Shown piece after piece: positions 1 to 12,573 of a DNA stretch of 30,261 nt. The translations under genes were made by a program, and so were the position numbers. The stretch comes from Raillietiella orientalis (taxonomy: Eukaryota), in NCBI GenBank assembly GCA_036172245.1, contig JAYWIR010000126.1, positions 62,001 to 92,261 of the forward strand, given 5' to 3'. Positions within the stretch are counted from its first letter, which is position 1; the number at the start of each line of letters is the position of its first letter. A model generated the notes under the pieces. The model was not told the DNA's origin and did not search any database. It saw only the letters and a list, made by a program, of their open reading frames with translations.

Positions 1-1545
1 GAGGTATGCGAAGGAGGTCCTTCGTCCGCTTTTTTGCTTCCACGGGGTCGAGGCAAACAAAAAGCAAGGGGCGGAGGATGGAGGCCGCGAAGGCGTTCCA
101 AACCGCGGCCCGTTCCGGCAAGTGAAACTTTCCTTCCAGGAACGGGCCGATCGCCGTCTCGACTTTTTGGAGGCAGCTGGAACACGCTTCCGCAGGGGAG
201 AAGTCCCCCAACGGCACACCGAGGTACTTGATGCACCTCACCGTGGGGATCCCTAGACGGACCCAGTCCTGCTGCCCTGCGCACGTCGCTCCAGCTGGCA
301 ACACTGTCGACTTCGCCCTGTTAACATGTAATCCGGCCCCACGGCTAAGCAGGTCGAAGAAATCTCCGACTGCCTCAGCCGGGGTGGACATAGGTAAGAG
401 GAGCAGAAGATCGTCGGCATACGCCGCTACAGCTGGCGTGCCGAAGCACGAGCTCGGCAAGGGGGCCAAAGTCTCCATGTACGCTCTCAGCACCAACTCA
501 GCGTAGGTGCTAAAAAGCAGGGGGCTGAGGCTGTCGCCCTGCCTTATGCCCCGCCGCACCGGCACGCCATACACCTTTTGTCCACTGAAATCAATCGAGA
601 TTATCGCGTTTCGGCAGCAAGAGCGCAGGTAGGTAATCAAGGAGGGTGGAAAGCCCATGCGACCCAGGAGCTCCAAGAGGAGTTCCTGATCAACACAGTC
701 GAATGCCTTATGCAGGTCGACTGAGATCGCTAAGGCCCCTTTTCCCGCATGAGCGTCCCCACCCTGTCCTACTGGCGGCCCTAAAGTAGGGTTGCAAATT
801 TTTCCTTTCCCTTCTTTCTTACTCCGCTGCGCGTGCATCCGTGTGCTCGCGAAGAAGAGGTTGTCGTCCATACTTCACCCTGGAACAGCGTAAGTCTGTT
901 TCGGGCTAATTATGGAATTGGACACCTGCCCTAATCGCGACGCCCACAGCCCGGCAATGAACTTGGCGTCCGTGTTTACAATCGTGTTGGGACGCCAGCT
1001 ACAATGTTTCCTGAGGTCTCCTCCCTTCGCGAGGAGCCTCACCCTGGCTGACCGAAACGAGGCGGGAACATCGCCTTCGTCTCGAATTCGCCTTGTCAAC
1101 TCGAGCACCAGGGGGGACAGTTATTCCGCAAAACTCTGAAAGAACTCCGCGAACAAGCCGTCCTCCCCTGGCGCCTTACGCCTCTTGAGCATTTTGATAC
1201 CGGCGAGAATTTCACCGGTCGTGAAAGGCTCATCGAGGTTTTCTATCTCCTCCTCCCCTATCGCCAAGGAACCGCTCATGAGCAATCGCCGCGAGGCGTT
1301 TTGTTCGAGTGGTGTTTTGGCGTGAAGGGAAGAATAAAAACACCGCACGAGATTCCGTACCGCAGACGGAGACGAACGTTCCCGGCCCAGGTCATCCGGC
1401 ATGCTGGCTGACCCGGATTGCCAGGCTTGTCGCTTGGCTCCGGCGCGGTATTCGGCCAGGCGACGGACATTGGGGTTCCTCTCTTGACGACGCGCGTGCA
1501 AATACGCGCGTTCGTTGCGAGCCCCTTTGCTGAATTCCCGCTGTG
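1..1545 (-). mobile_element. LINE copy A: ORF2 fragment (EN-RT linker, RT, thumb), degenerate; runs off the window start and is interrupted at its upstream side by element B
   Basis: Minus-strand translations give RKAPGEDGL, WRPNTIVNTDAK, QTYAVPG, DLHKAFDCVDQ, GIRQGDSLSP and AYADD (about 410-425), with frameshifts and stops. Confidence 0.93.
1529..1545 (+). repeat. Left TSD of element B (GCTGAATTCCCGCTGTG); partner at 28124-28140
   Basis: 14/17 identity to GCCGAATCCCCGCTGCG, which directly follows the 3' tail at 28123; all three mismatches are C/T; reads as host ORF2 codons Q-R-(E/G)-F-(S/G) on the minus strand. Confidence 0.8.
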
Positions 1546-1571
1546 GAGAGCGGACGTGCTTTTCCTGCGCT
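1546..1571 (+). promoter_or_regulatory. Conserved 5'-terminal motif GAG(A/T)GCGGACGTG-pyrimidine tract-GCGCT, putative internal promoter; also at 3989, 10897, 18663, 26011(-) and 28141
   Basis: The same motif begins all six intact 5' ends at or within a few nt of the junction; promoter function is inferred from general LINE biology. Confidence 0.6.
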
Positions 1572-1640
1572 ACGCTTGCGTGGCAAAGCGGGTGGTTTTT
1601 CTTTCTTGAGTGATTTGGGCGTGCCCATCGTCGGTGTCCG

Positions 1641-3520
1641 ATGGCAGCGTTGCCAGAGGACACCGCGATGAAAGTAAGCGTGATGGAGGCTTGTTCGTCC
1701 ATACAGCCTACTGGATCAGGGGCATCCGCCCCGGAATCGTCCCCGGCGACACCGAGGTCATGGAGCGCCATGGTGGCCGTGCCTAGCGTGGAAGCCATGG
1801 CCGAGATGGAAGCCTACAAGTAAGCGGGGTATAAACCCTCGCAAGTTTACAAGGTAGGCAACCTTTTCGATGGGCAAACTGAACGCGCCTTTACGAAGGC
1901 GCTGCAGAACGCCAATATTTTCGAAAAAGATCTCGACGGCCTCTGCGTACTCAGCGGCGGGCAGCGGGTCGAGGTGGTATGCAAGGATATCACCTTGGCC
2001 CGACACCTGATCACCGACCCGCTGATCGTTGATGGTCGGAAGATCTTGCTTCTAAAGATGGAGCGCTCGGTGGTGGTCCATCTCACTGGGATCCCCAGTC
2101 ACATGACAAGGTCAGCGGTTCGCGAACAGTTAGAAAAGCACGCAGAAGTGCACGCGTTGTTGCCGAACTCCACGATTTTCCTAGGCTACAATAGCCTTTT
2201 CGGAGTTCAAGCTGCGGCGCGTATCACCGTAAAAGAGGGTGGTGCGCTTCCCCACAAGCTGGAGGTCTGCCAAGAAGCGGTGGACCTCTGGTACGTGGGG
2301 AAACGCCAATTTTGTGGTTACTGCAATGCAGTAGAGCATTTACGAAAGAGGTGCCCGAACATTGTGTGCCACCTATGCGGCGAAAAGGGTCACGTTCCTC
2401 GCGTGTGCCCCAAGCGCCCCACCCCGGTGCCCCCTGCCGCCAAAAAGGCGCAGGGAAAACGTGGAAAGTTGGTAGGAAGACCAGCTCGCAAAAATGGCCG
2501 TTCCCAACTGCCAGCCTCCCTTCCTCCCGTACAGACGTCGGAGGAAAGAGCTCCCGTGAACGCGGAAATGGAGGAGGGTTGGCAGCTGGTTCAGGCCAGA
2601 AAAGAAAAAAAAAAAGAAATTAATGCCAGAAGAAAAGTCGTAGAAGAAAACTGCCGGCAACAAGAAAAAAGCCGCGCCGGTTTCAAAAAAAAAAGCAACT
2701 CCGCTAATGCTCGGTGGCACTCGAACGCTTAGCCGTTCCTGCCGAGTCCGCCAGCGGCAATGTTCGCAGAACAGTTGATGCGGACGCGATGAATACTCGC
2801 GTGGACGAGCCCATTCTACGTTTAGAGGGTGAGACGCGAGACTCGCGCGCCGACAACCAGGACGCCGCGATCGACAAAGCCGCGGAGGAGCCCGCGGCAA
2901 CGTCCGCCGTCAGCGATGAAGCCGCGCTCGATAAGGTCGCGGAGCAGTGCGCGGCAACCGTCGCCGCTGGCGAAGACGCGGCCTTCGAGAAAGCGGCAGA
3001 GGAGCACGCAGCAACGCTCGCCGAGCGCCGAATCCCGTCGCGCAAGGGCGTACGCAGGTCGGCTCCGACCAAGATGGCCCCCGCAGGTGAGTGCGACCGG
3101 GGGGCCGGTAGCGGATCCTCCTCCTCGGAGGCAACCCCCAGGAAGTCGGGACGCAAGTCCCAGAAACCCAGGAGGAGCCTCCCCTCCACCAGCGAGGAGG
3201 AGAAACCGGAAGGAAGCGGCAGCGTGGGAATCCCGAAGGGGGAATACCCACGTCCGGAAGCCGTCGAGTCGGCCACCCCCATGGAGGAGGGAGAGCAGGG
3301 GGGTGAAGTCCTCCCTGCAGTCGCGAAACCTGAGCAGCCCGAACCCATATAGGAGGGCGAACAGGTAGGCGCGACTCCACATGCTGGTGATCCGGCCGAC
3401 GCGCCGGCATCGATGGAGGAGGAGGAACAGGTGCCTTCAGTACCTGTCCCCCATCCCCCTCCACCTAGCATCCCGCCCCAGCAGGTGGCGTACGCCGCAT
3501 CGCCGTTTTCCCAGGACTAA
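1641..3520 (+). pseudogene. ORF1 of B (gag-like nucleic-acid-binding protein, two CCHC knuckles, basic and acidic disordered tail)
   Basis: ORF pieces 1641-1823, 1974-2732 and 2714-3352; CGYCNAVEHLRKRC and CHLCGEKGHVPRVC; premature stops and a frameshift in A-runs near 2600-2700. Confidence 0.9.
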
Positions 3521-3988
3521 CACCTGGGCTCGCCAGTCGCCGTCGGATTCGCGCGGCCTGTTGGAACGTCAACGGGCTGAGCGACGACGGGAACAGGCGA
3601 GATACGGCCGACACCCTGCGTGAGCTCCACCTGGCGCTGCTGCAGGAGATCCACGTGATCACCGCGGCAGACGCCCAGGAGATCGAGACGATCGCGGGTG
3701 GTCGGTTGTATTGGCGATGCGGCCTCCGCAACACCTGTGGGGTCGCGTTCTTCGTAAAGCCGGCCATAGACGCTGCTGTAAAGGGCGTGCGGTTTGATGA
3801 CGACGGTCGGATCGATCAGCTGATTCTCAGCTGGTCCGACTGGATCGAACTAATCGTCACAAACGTGTATGGCCTAAGCGGCAAACAGGGGTATTGCGAC
3901 TGCACCAGGCTGTTGGAAACCCTGAAACGCGACTGGCTGGCGGATACCAATGTGGGAAAGGCTCACCTGATAGCGGAAGATTTCAATC
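3520..3988 (+). pseudogene. ORF2 of B, part 1 (APE endonuclease N-terminal half); start codon reads ACA
   Basis: WNVNGL, LLQEIH, TCGVAF, TNVYG and LIAEDFN motifs; cut by insertion of C. Confidence 0.9.
3980..3988 (+). repeat. Left TSD of element C (ATTTCAATC); partner at 9894-9902
   Basis: Perfect 9-bp direct repeat; host frame ...EDFN|LRLL... is restored when C is removed. Confidence 0.92.
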
Positions 3989-4162
3989 GAGTGCGGACGT
4001 GTTTTTCTTCGCTCTCATCTCCGTGCTTTCATCCGCTTCATCTTGGCGTCGTACATTTTGACGACGATGTCGACCCAACCCTAAGCTCCTGAAGTTGGAG
4101 GAACAGTATCCGGATCTGCAATCGCAGAACCGACGGCCGCCTCCACTTCGTCTTTCTCGCCA

Positions 4163-5989
4163 ATGGAGAGGAGTTTTGCTGACGTTGCTGCCACAGCAGC
4201 TGTCAAAGGGAAACCACTCGACGAGTCGGAGTTGCGGGCATACGTAACCCAAGGCTATAGACCTGCTCTCCGATATAAGGTGAGTGGTTTTCTTTCTGCG
4301 CTCGACGGGAATCAGTTCAACGATGAACTGACCCGTGTTGGCGTGCGGAAGGAGGAACTTCTCGCCATTATGCCCATTAAAGACATGGGCTATTTCAAGG
4401 TGCGCTGCAAAGACGCTGCACTTGTGCAACGCTTGCTGCGCACCCCGTTGTCGATCCGTGGCCAGAAGGTCTTCCCGACCGCCATGGACGACTCATTTGT
4501 GGTGGAGATTTTCGACATCGAGTTGCAAATCTCCGATACTGATATTCGGAACGCGTTGGCGAAATTCGCCACGGTCCATGCGCTGTGGAGGGTGCGTAGC
4601 AACCTCAAGGACTTCCCGTCCATTCACAGCGGAGTCGCTGGAGTCCGGCTTACAATGCCGGACCGCCGTCTGCTGCCCACGAAACTACATGTGAAAGACA
4701 CGGTCGATCACCTGTGGTTCGTGGGCAAAGTAAGAACGTGCGAGCAATGCGGGAAGAAGGGGCATTGTTTGGATAAATGCCCCTCTGGAAAATGCCGTTA
4801 TTGCAAACTATCCGGGCACCAATTGAAAAATTGCCCGGATCTTTTGCGAAAAAAGGCAGCCGCGGAGCTTCGTCTTAAAAAACGAAGCGCGGATAAAAAG
4901 AAAAAATCTGCGAAAAACCTGGAGACCCCACGGCAGAAATTCCGAAAAAAGGCGAGCTGGAATGTCGCCCCAAAGCAGCAGGAAACCTCGCACGCGAAGC
5001 CCTGCGCACCCCCTCTCGCGGCATGGGAGCCGCAAAAGAATGGGTGCGGGGAATCCGGGGCAATGGAAAGTCCCCCTAGGCGCAATAGCTGTCCTTCCCA
5101 AGCACGCCCGGCTCTCTCGGAGTTCGAGCAACCGGCGGGGACGCCAATGGACAACGGCGGTAAGGACACTTCCAGTACCGTCAGATCCATTCCTTCACCT
5201 CCTGCAGTGGCTGAGAAGCCCAAATCGGGTAAGAAGGGTTGTGCCGTGTCGACTTCGGAAGTCAACAAAAAAAAATCCGCGTCGCGATCCAACACCGTGA
5301 AAGCGAAGAAAAATCTCACGCTGTCGCAGTCGGAGAGCAAGCTCTAGACTGGCGCGGATGCCATGCCAACGAAGGGATTAAAAGCCCTTCCGAAGGCAGC
5401 GTCCATGACGAGCGTGTCGAAGCCATCCAAAGTGCTCCCGTTCAAAGACGCGGATGGCTTCAAAGATGGCCATGGAGCACAATCTCCATTTACGGCGCCA
5501 CGCGAAGTGAGGGACCGTAATGAAGTAAAGAAGACTTCAGCAAAGGTACTTCGTGCAACTGCGCGTGAGCACGCTGAAAACGCGCGCGCCGGGAAAGCAG
5601 CCGTCACCAAAAGCGATGCTGTGGTGACGGAAAACAAAAACAGGACAGCTCTCAATCCAGCAGAACCTGTCACTGCTTTGCGGAAGGCCGAAACCCGATC
5701 GAACATGCGACGGTCGGACACCGAAATGGATGCCGTTCCGATCACCGAGACGAGGACAACTCGCTCGAAAGCGTGTGCGCGCCGATCAAAAGTAGGCAGC
5801 CAGGCAACGCTCGCCGCGAAGCAACGCGAAGTCTCCACGAAACCCGACGGGTTTCAGCCTGGCGTGTACGCATTACATGCATGCAGCACGATAGAGGACG
5901 GTGGCGACCGTCCTTCCCAGCCAGTCGTGCTGCTCGCCGTCTGCTCGCCGGATAAAGCGAGCAAAAAGCTGCCACCTTCCCAGCAGTAA
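4163..5989 (+). pseudogene. ORF1 of C with one in-frame stop at 5345-5347
   Basis: ORFs 4163-5347 and 5363-5989 share a frame; CEQCGKKGHCLDKC and CRYCKLSGHQLKNC knuckles; SFADVA N-terminal motif. Confidence 0.9.
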
Positions 5990-8900
5990 TGCGGGGAATC
6001 GCGTCTTCTCGTCTTCTGTCCGTAACGTGTTGGAACGTGAACGCACTGCAGAACGACGAGAAGAGGCGATTAGTAGCCAACGCCCTGCGCCCCTTCGACC
6101 TCGCGCTGCTGCAGGTGATTCACGTAATCTCCGACGAGCAGGCAGCCGAAATCGAGAAGCGCGCAGGCGGAACGCTACATTGGCGGTGCGGCGGCGCACG
6201 CACGTGCGGCGTCGCGTTCCTCGTAAGAGGAAAAATGGCGGAAGCGGTGCGTAGTGTTTGTTTCGATGACGACGGACGGATAGACCAGCTTGTCATCAAG
6301 TGGTCCGAGTCCATCGATCGCGTCGTTACGAACGTCTACGCTCCGAGTGGCTCTCGCTACCTCGAAGAAAGAGTAGCTTTCTTTGGTGAGGTGCAGAGCC
6401 ACTGGCTCAACAACTCCGGCTTCCAAGTGGCGCACCTCGTCGATGGGGACTTCAACGTCCGCCTGCTCTCCGACGATTGGAGCCGCTCGAGGAAGCGCGC
6501 TGCCCATCGAGATGTGCGCGTCCGTGCACGCCGCAAACTTGATGGTCAGCGAACCTGGAATGCAAAGATCGCTCGATGACGTTTTCCTCGATGAAAACCT
6601 GCATTCGCGTGTGGGTAGGAGTGGAAGATTGTTGACTGAGCTTTCTGACCACCACAGGTTGGAGTTTGAGATCCTTCCGCCAGGCAGATGGCCTCCGTTG
6701 CCAAGCTGGAGGATGCAGGCGGATTGGCTTAGTCAACCGGAGGATGCGGAGCATCTACGTCAATACCTCCGGGGCTTTGTCATTCAAGAACTTGCAAACT
6801 GGGACGATCTCAAAAGATCTGTCCGCGAGTTCTGTTGCCAATTCCCCTTGCACTGGCTTCCACGCGGTTTCGGAGAGGGCGTGGCCCACAGTAGAGACTT
6901 TCTGCAGGCCCGCACGTTTTCGAGACGCGCGGATGTCGGGCGACTCGCAGAGTACAAGGCGAGGGCAGAGCGCCAGGTCTGGCAGTCCGGAGCAGCATGC
7001 CTGCTGGACGACAAGGGCCAGGAATGTTCGGCCCCAGCCGAAGTACGCCGCATTGTGAGACGCTACTACTCCTCTCTGTACGCGGAATCCCCGACGGAGG
7101 ATATTCTTTCTGAGATACTCCTGTCTCAGGATGCTCGTGTTGTCGGCGAGGAGGAACGCGAACGTCTCAACGAGCCCTTCACGGCGGATGAATTTTCGTC
7201 CGCAATCGCTGAGCTGAACAGACGAAAGTCGCCAGGCGAGGATGGGCTCCCTGCAGAGTTTCATCAGTACTATGCAGTGGAGCTCATTCCCTTGATGCTG
7301 AAACTCGCCACGCTGATGAGTGAATCCGGGAATGTCCCTGATTCCATCCGCTCAGCGAAGGTGCGTCTCCTGCCGAAAGGCGGAGAATTGCGACAACTTA
7401 ACAACTGGCGTCCGATCACCTTGGTGAACTCGGACGTCAAGTTGTTTTCCAAGCTGTGGGTCGCGCGGTTAGGAAGAATCGCGGAATCTGTGGTGAGCCC
7501 GGAACAAACCTACGCGGTTCCGGGACGATCCATGGAGGCGAACATCCTTTTCGCGCGTACATGGATGCAGCTGCAGGAAGTTGTGGCGCAGCAAAGCCAG
7601 GCTGCTGCGAAAGTCACTGACGCAGGCAAAAAGAACAGGCGCCGACGGCAGGAGGGAACGCCAGGTGCCTTGGCGGTCGCGGTCGATCTCCACAAGGCGT
7701 TCCACTGCGTAAACCAGAAGCTGCTTTTGGAGCTTATGGAACGCCTTGGGTTCCCGGCGCAACTCCTGCTGTATTTGCGCGCGTGCTGGCGCCACGCGCT
7801 AACCTGCATCACTTTTAGCGTCTGTTGCGTGTATGGTATTCCCGTTCGTAGGGGCATCCGACAGGGCGACAGCTTAAGCCCGTTGCTTTTCAGCATCTTC
7901 TTTGAGTTGGTGCTAAGAGCATACAGGCTGACGCTGTCTCACTTGCCAAGCTCCTGCCCGGGAACGCCTGCCGTGGCCGCCTACGCTGATGACCTGCTTC
8001 TTCTGCTCCCCATGTCCACCTTGGCGTCCAGTGTCGAGGATTTCTTCGACCTGATTCGTCGGGGAGCGGGCGTGAGCGTGAACAGAGAGAAGAGCGTGGT
8101 CGTTCCTGTGGGTACGTCGTGTGAGGGGCAGTCCGACTGGATCCGCCTGGGGATCCCCACGTGCGAATACTTTAAGTACCTTGGCGTTCCGTTGGGCGCT
8201 TTCGGCGCAGCCGAAGCGTGGGCGGACTGTCCTCAAAAAGCAGAGTTGGCCATCAGCCCGTTCTTTAACGGCAAGTTTACCTTGCAGGAACGGGCGACTA
8301 TTTGGAACATCTTTGTGGCCCCCCTCCTCCGTCCCCGGTTTTTTGTTTTGGACCCCCCCTATGCGGCGAAACAGCAGGCTGAGCGACTGTTCAGGAACGC
8401 TCTCTGGGGTCCGGCGATATCCAAAATCCGCCTTGAAGATTTGTTAGCTCCGCGTCGGGATGCTGGTTTGGGTATCCTGACAATAAAGCTAAGCGGACTG
8501 CAGGTGCAGTTCCGACTGCTGGCACTGTGTGCCCAGGTATGGACATCCCCCCTGTGTGTGCCAGCCCGCATTCTCCTGCGGAGATGCGCCGGCAGCGGAG
8601 GATTTCTCTCGCTTTTGCCGGGCACTCAATACAGGAAGCGGGGTTTCGTGTTTCCATTGCGGCAGTTGACCGCACTTCTGGAAGCTCACTCGTGGATCTC
8701 CTGCCGCTTAATGAACTTTGAAGCTTGGAGGCAAGAGTCTGTTGAATCCTGCGCGGCGTTCCAAGGAATACGCCCTGAAGATCTTCGCCCCCTGCGTCAC
8801 TTTTTTCCACGATCCTTGGAAGAAGTACTGCAGAACGAGGTGAAGTTTTCTACTCTGGCTGCCACGCCTCTTGCCGCAGCGCTGTCTGCCCTCAGGGCAA

Positions 8901-9580
8901 GAAACGACAGTTACGCACCGGCGAGGTGGGAGGTTTCCTGCACGACAGCGGGAAGAACCAAACTCCTTGGCACCTGGAAGACAAGTGAGTTGGCGGACGC
9001 CGCCACTCCTCGTGTTACTGCAAAGGGACTCCTCCGGTGGGCAGAAGAACTTGCTGTCACCCCCGAAGAACTTGTAGTCCCTCCACAGTTTATGGACAGT
9101 TCGCTGCTCCCCCTTGCTTGGAAACAAGCCGTGCTGCTTTTCGTTCACTGGGGTTTTCAGTGCAACGAGCGTTGGCATCGTGACTCCGGGGGACTTGCGT
9201 CTGCGAACTGCGTTCGGTGCGGATCGACGGAGTCGATTCCGCACCTACTTCTGGATTGCGGTGTCCTACAAGGACTGTAGCGTAGGCTGGCAACAGCACT
9301 AATGCATCCCGTGGACACCGCAAGAGACTTGCTGCGACGATTTTTCACGCCGAGCTAGCTTTCACTAAGCGCAAGGATTGCAGCCATCGGTTGTATACGC
9401 GCGATAGTTTCCGTCCGCCAGGCGTTGGTAATCAACGGATAGCACCAAGAGGTAATCAGCAAAGCATCCTTCTACATGCAGGCATCATCTAGATGGCCTC
9501 ATTTGACAGAGGACACAAAGAGGAATCTCGCCGCAATACACCGCCGGTTTACACACCCTCAGCAGCGGCCAACCCGGTGA
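5989..9580 (+). pseudogene. ORF2 of C (APE-RT-CCHC), frameshift near 6480 and stops from 9278
   Basis: WNVNAL, NVYAP, GDFN, LSDH, KSPGEDGLP, WRPITLVNSD, DLHKAF, GIRQGDSLSP, YADD, KYLGV, CVRCGSTESIPHLLLDC. Confidence 0.95.
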
Positions 9581-9863
9581 TCATTGCCCTACCCTCCATT
9601 AACTAATTTTGTATTTTCTTTTTACACCCGCGTCCCCATGGGCTCCGGAACATTTTAGGTGCTCATCGTTTAAATCCCCGTGAGTACGGAGCCTAACCGA
9701 AAACCCGTTACCCTTCCCTCCAGTTTTTGATTTTTGTTTGTTTCCTCTCATTCCTTCCACGCTGCGAGCGGTTTGTTTACCAGGCCTGCGTGCAGGTAAT
9801 TTTTCTATGTTCTCTGTCGTTCTGTTGGTTGGGTAAATTGTCCCTGACTAGTTTATTATTATT

Positions 9864-9893
9864 AATAAACGCCCCGGCGTGACCGGGTGATAA
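9864..9893 (+). terminator. AATAAA followed by a terminal GC hairpin and very short A tail (3' end of C); equivalents at 16359-16388, 28092-28123, 10237-10266(-), and a variant at 20635-20665
   Basis: AATAAACGCCCCGGCGTGACCGGGTG directly before the TSD. Confidence 0.75.
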
Positions 9894-9902
9894 ATTTCAA
9901 TC

Positions 9903-10236
9903 TCCGACTGCTAACAGGTGAGCCCAAAACACAATAGAACGCGATGAACGAGTTGTACGCCGCCATGCGTGCGCGTAACTTGTTCGCGGGTGAGTAGGGA
10001 ATGGTCTTTAGCATCGAATACGTCTTCCTCGACGCTGACCTGTGTTCACAGGTCGGCAAACGGGGGAGGGTTGCGTCGACGTTGTCGGACCACTCCCGGT
10101 TAATTTTCGAGATGCGGCCTCGCGACAAGAGACCGCCATCCGGGGATTGGCGTCTACCGGGGGACCGGACGCGACTCTCAGGTGCGAAGGAACACCTTCG
10201 CGAATACCTGAGAGGCGTCACGCTCCGGAATCTCCA
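9903..10236 (+). pseudogene. ORF2 of B, part 2 (APE C-terminal half and linker start)
   Basis: LRLL..., SIEYVFLD, LSDHSRL, WRLPGD, HLREYLRG; ends at the 3' tail of antisense element H. Confidence 0.9.
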
Positions 10237-10449
10237 TTGAAACCCGGGTGCGCCGGGATGTTTATTCTCACGAATAAACCTATACAATCTGTGACTGGAC
10301 CAGTAGTCCAGCGACGCCCTGGAAAGATATAGCTTGCCGGGCTACCGGTGCGCAGACCGGCGCGGTCCACCTTGGCAGCAGAGGAAAGGGGGAACGAAAC
10401 AAAAAGAAAACAAAAAATAAACAAAAATCAGGTAGGGAGCGAGAAGGGA

Positions 10450-10896
10450 TCAAAGTCTGCTGTGAGGGTCCGTCATCCTCTGGAGGATGCCGGCAAGCTG
10501 TTTCTGCGTGTGTGGTTCCAGATGGGGCCATCGCGTCGCCATCCTGAGGAAACGGGCGGCATACACGTTGGCATCCCTGTCGCTGGATCCTCCCGTCTCT
10601 TTGCTCCATGCCACGACGATCCCGCGTAGGCAGCACAGGGCTGAAAGCGAGGCCGCTGGAGGCAGGGCGTCACGGACGAAGAGGGGGCCCAAAGCGTCTC
10701 TGGGGTTGCCTCCGGGGATCCCCAGGGCTGCGGCAAACCGTTCTTACAAGGGACGGAGGGCAACACAATCCACTAACAGGTGGGGGAGGTATTCCCTCTC
10801 CCCGCACCTGACACAATAAGGGTTGACACCCCCCGCGTCCAGTGGTGTCGGCAGGCGTTGCAAGGAAGCCCCCAATGCAACACCAGCACCGCCGAC
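10450..10896 (-). pseudogene. ORF2 of H, C-terminal part
   Basis: VLHWGLPCNA, HLLVDC, PLFVRDAL, RWPHL motifs homologous to C-termini of E, G and B. Confidence 0.88.
10885..10896 (+). repeat. Left TSD of element E (AGCACCGCCGAC); partner AGCAGTGCCGAC at 16389-16400
   Basis: 10/12 identity; host H reading frame restored on removal of E. Confidence 0.85.
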
Positions 10897-10971
10897 GGTC
10901 AGACGTGTTCTCTGCGCGCTCCTGACTCGCTCGACTTTATTGGTGTAGTGCGGTGCATCAGTGGTCGGGGG

Positions 10972-12573
10972 ATGGCAGAAATGCCTGATCCCGTTACTAG
11001 TGAATGTGGCGTGGGGGCCGGGCGAACGTCCCCCCTACCCATGGAGATAGGGGCACCTGCCCCGTAAGCTTCGTCCCCCGCGCCGGCGAGGGACTACAGC
11101 GCCGTGGTCGCCGCGCCATCTGCAGCGGCCATCGCCGAGGCCCAGGCCTACAAGGCCTACAACTACAACCCGAGTCTGCTGTATAAGTTAGGCCGGGTGT
11201 TTGATGACCGTGTGGCGCGCTCCTTCGAGAAGGAGCTCCACCGTTTGAACATTAACAAGGAGGATCTGCTGGGTCTCTCCATCCGCAGCGGGGGACAGCA
11301 TGTCGAGTTGACCTGCATAGAAGCAGGGTTGGCGCAAAGACTACTGCGAACCCCCGTCAGGGTCGAGGGCCGCCAGATCTTCTCTGTCCCGGTGGACAAC
11401 TCAATAGTTGTCCACCTTCGTGGAATCACCGTGCGGATGTCACCGAGCGCCGTTAGGGCTGAACTCAGCAAATTCGGCACCGTACACGCGCTGTGGCTGA
11501 AGCCCAACAGGTTCCGTACTTATGACGGACTCCTGAGCGGACTCGCCGCGGCACGTGTGACTGTGAATAATGACATTGGGGTTCCCCATAAACTAGTAGT
11601 CGACGGAGATTCTGTCGACATCTGGTATCTGGGGAAACCCAAATACTGTGCGTTTTCTGATGGTACGGGGCACGTGAAGAAACGCTGCCTCAACATCACT
11701 TGCCGCAAGTGCGAGGCAATCGGGCACACAGAAGAAGTGTGCCCCAAAAAGACTTCGCGCGCGCCGGCTGCTGCCGTGAGCGGCACGAACGCGAGCAAGA
11801 ATCCTGGCAAGACCAGGCCGCCGTCCTAAAATACGGTTGACCCGGAGCCAGCCAAAAAGGGCATCCCGACCACCCCGTCTGCAGAAACGCAGGCAACCGA
11901 GGTGGAAGGAGAAGAGCCTGGCTGGCAAAAGGTCAGTCCAAAGAAAAAGAAAGAAAAAAAGGACGTAAATAATAAAAATAAAGTCCCTGCAAAAACCGCG
12001 AAACCCGCGAAAAAGCAGGGACTGAAAAAATGCACGGACGCACTGGAGCGCCTTGCAGACGCCGAAGTGCCGTGCGAACAGGACGTTGCCGTGTGCAACA
12101 TCGCTGACAGCCCCGTCGCTGTGCAAACAGCGTCCGAGGGCTGCGGCGAGGGGGAGAGCCGCGATGACGCGGGCTTTGCAATAGCAGCCGCCGAGCTCGC
12201 CGCCAGTCAGCAGCCTCCCGCAAAGGTCGGGAAGAAGGCCGTTCGACGTCCGGCCGAGAGGAGGGGGACCGGGACCTCGGACTCGGACCCGGAGACCGGA
12301 CACGCACCATCCGCATCTGCACCCCCGAGGAAGACCGGAAGGAAAATCCGTAACCCGAGGAGGATCGTCTCCTCCGAGGATGGGTAATCCTCCGGAAACG
12401 AGGGTGCGGCGAGCGTGGGAGAGATGGACACGAGTCCTGAACTCCCACGATCGGTCGAGACGGAGCCGATGGAGACGGAGGGGGTCTTCGAGCCGCCCCC
12501 CACCGCACAGGAGAAAGCCGGCGTCCCGCCCCTAGGTGAGGCGGGAGACGCAGCATCACTTTCTTAGCAGTAA
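10972..12573 (+). pseudogene. ORF1 of E with in-frame stops (11065, 11827, 12385)
   Basis: ORF pieces 11104-11829 and 11902-12387 are in one frame; WYLGKPKYC, CRKCEAIGHTEEVC, GWQKV. Confidence 0.88.

Larger units (their letters stand above)
3989..9893 (+). mobile_element. LINE copy C, full length (about 5.9 kb), the most divergent family in the window
   Basis: 5' GAGTGCGGACGTG, ORF1, ORF2, 3' UTR, AATAAA at 9864 plus terminal hairpin, perfect TSD. Confidence 0.95.

Noticed and set aside
1121..1798. 225-aa minus-strand ORF as a novel gene
   Set aside because: Chimera of the antisense 5' end of B read into the ORF2 linker of A across the insertion junction
2600..2700. Programmed frameshift in ORF1 A-runs (also 29200-29290)
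   Set aside because: Homopolymer lengths differ between B and B', and other copies keep the frame open; slippage or sequencing error is more likely
6383..9280. Reverse transcriptases as bacterial retron, group II intron or DGR components
   Set aside because: APE-RT-CCHC layout, zinc-knuckle ORF1, AATAAA and TSDs identify eukaryotic LINEs; no prokaryotic context
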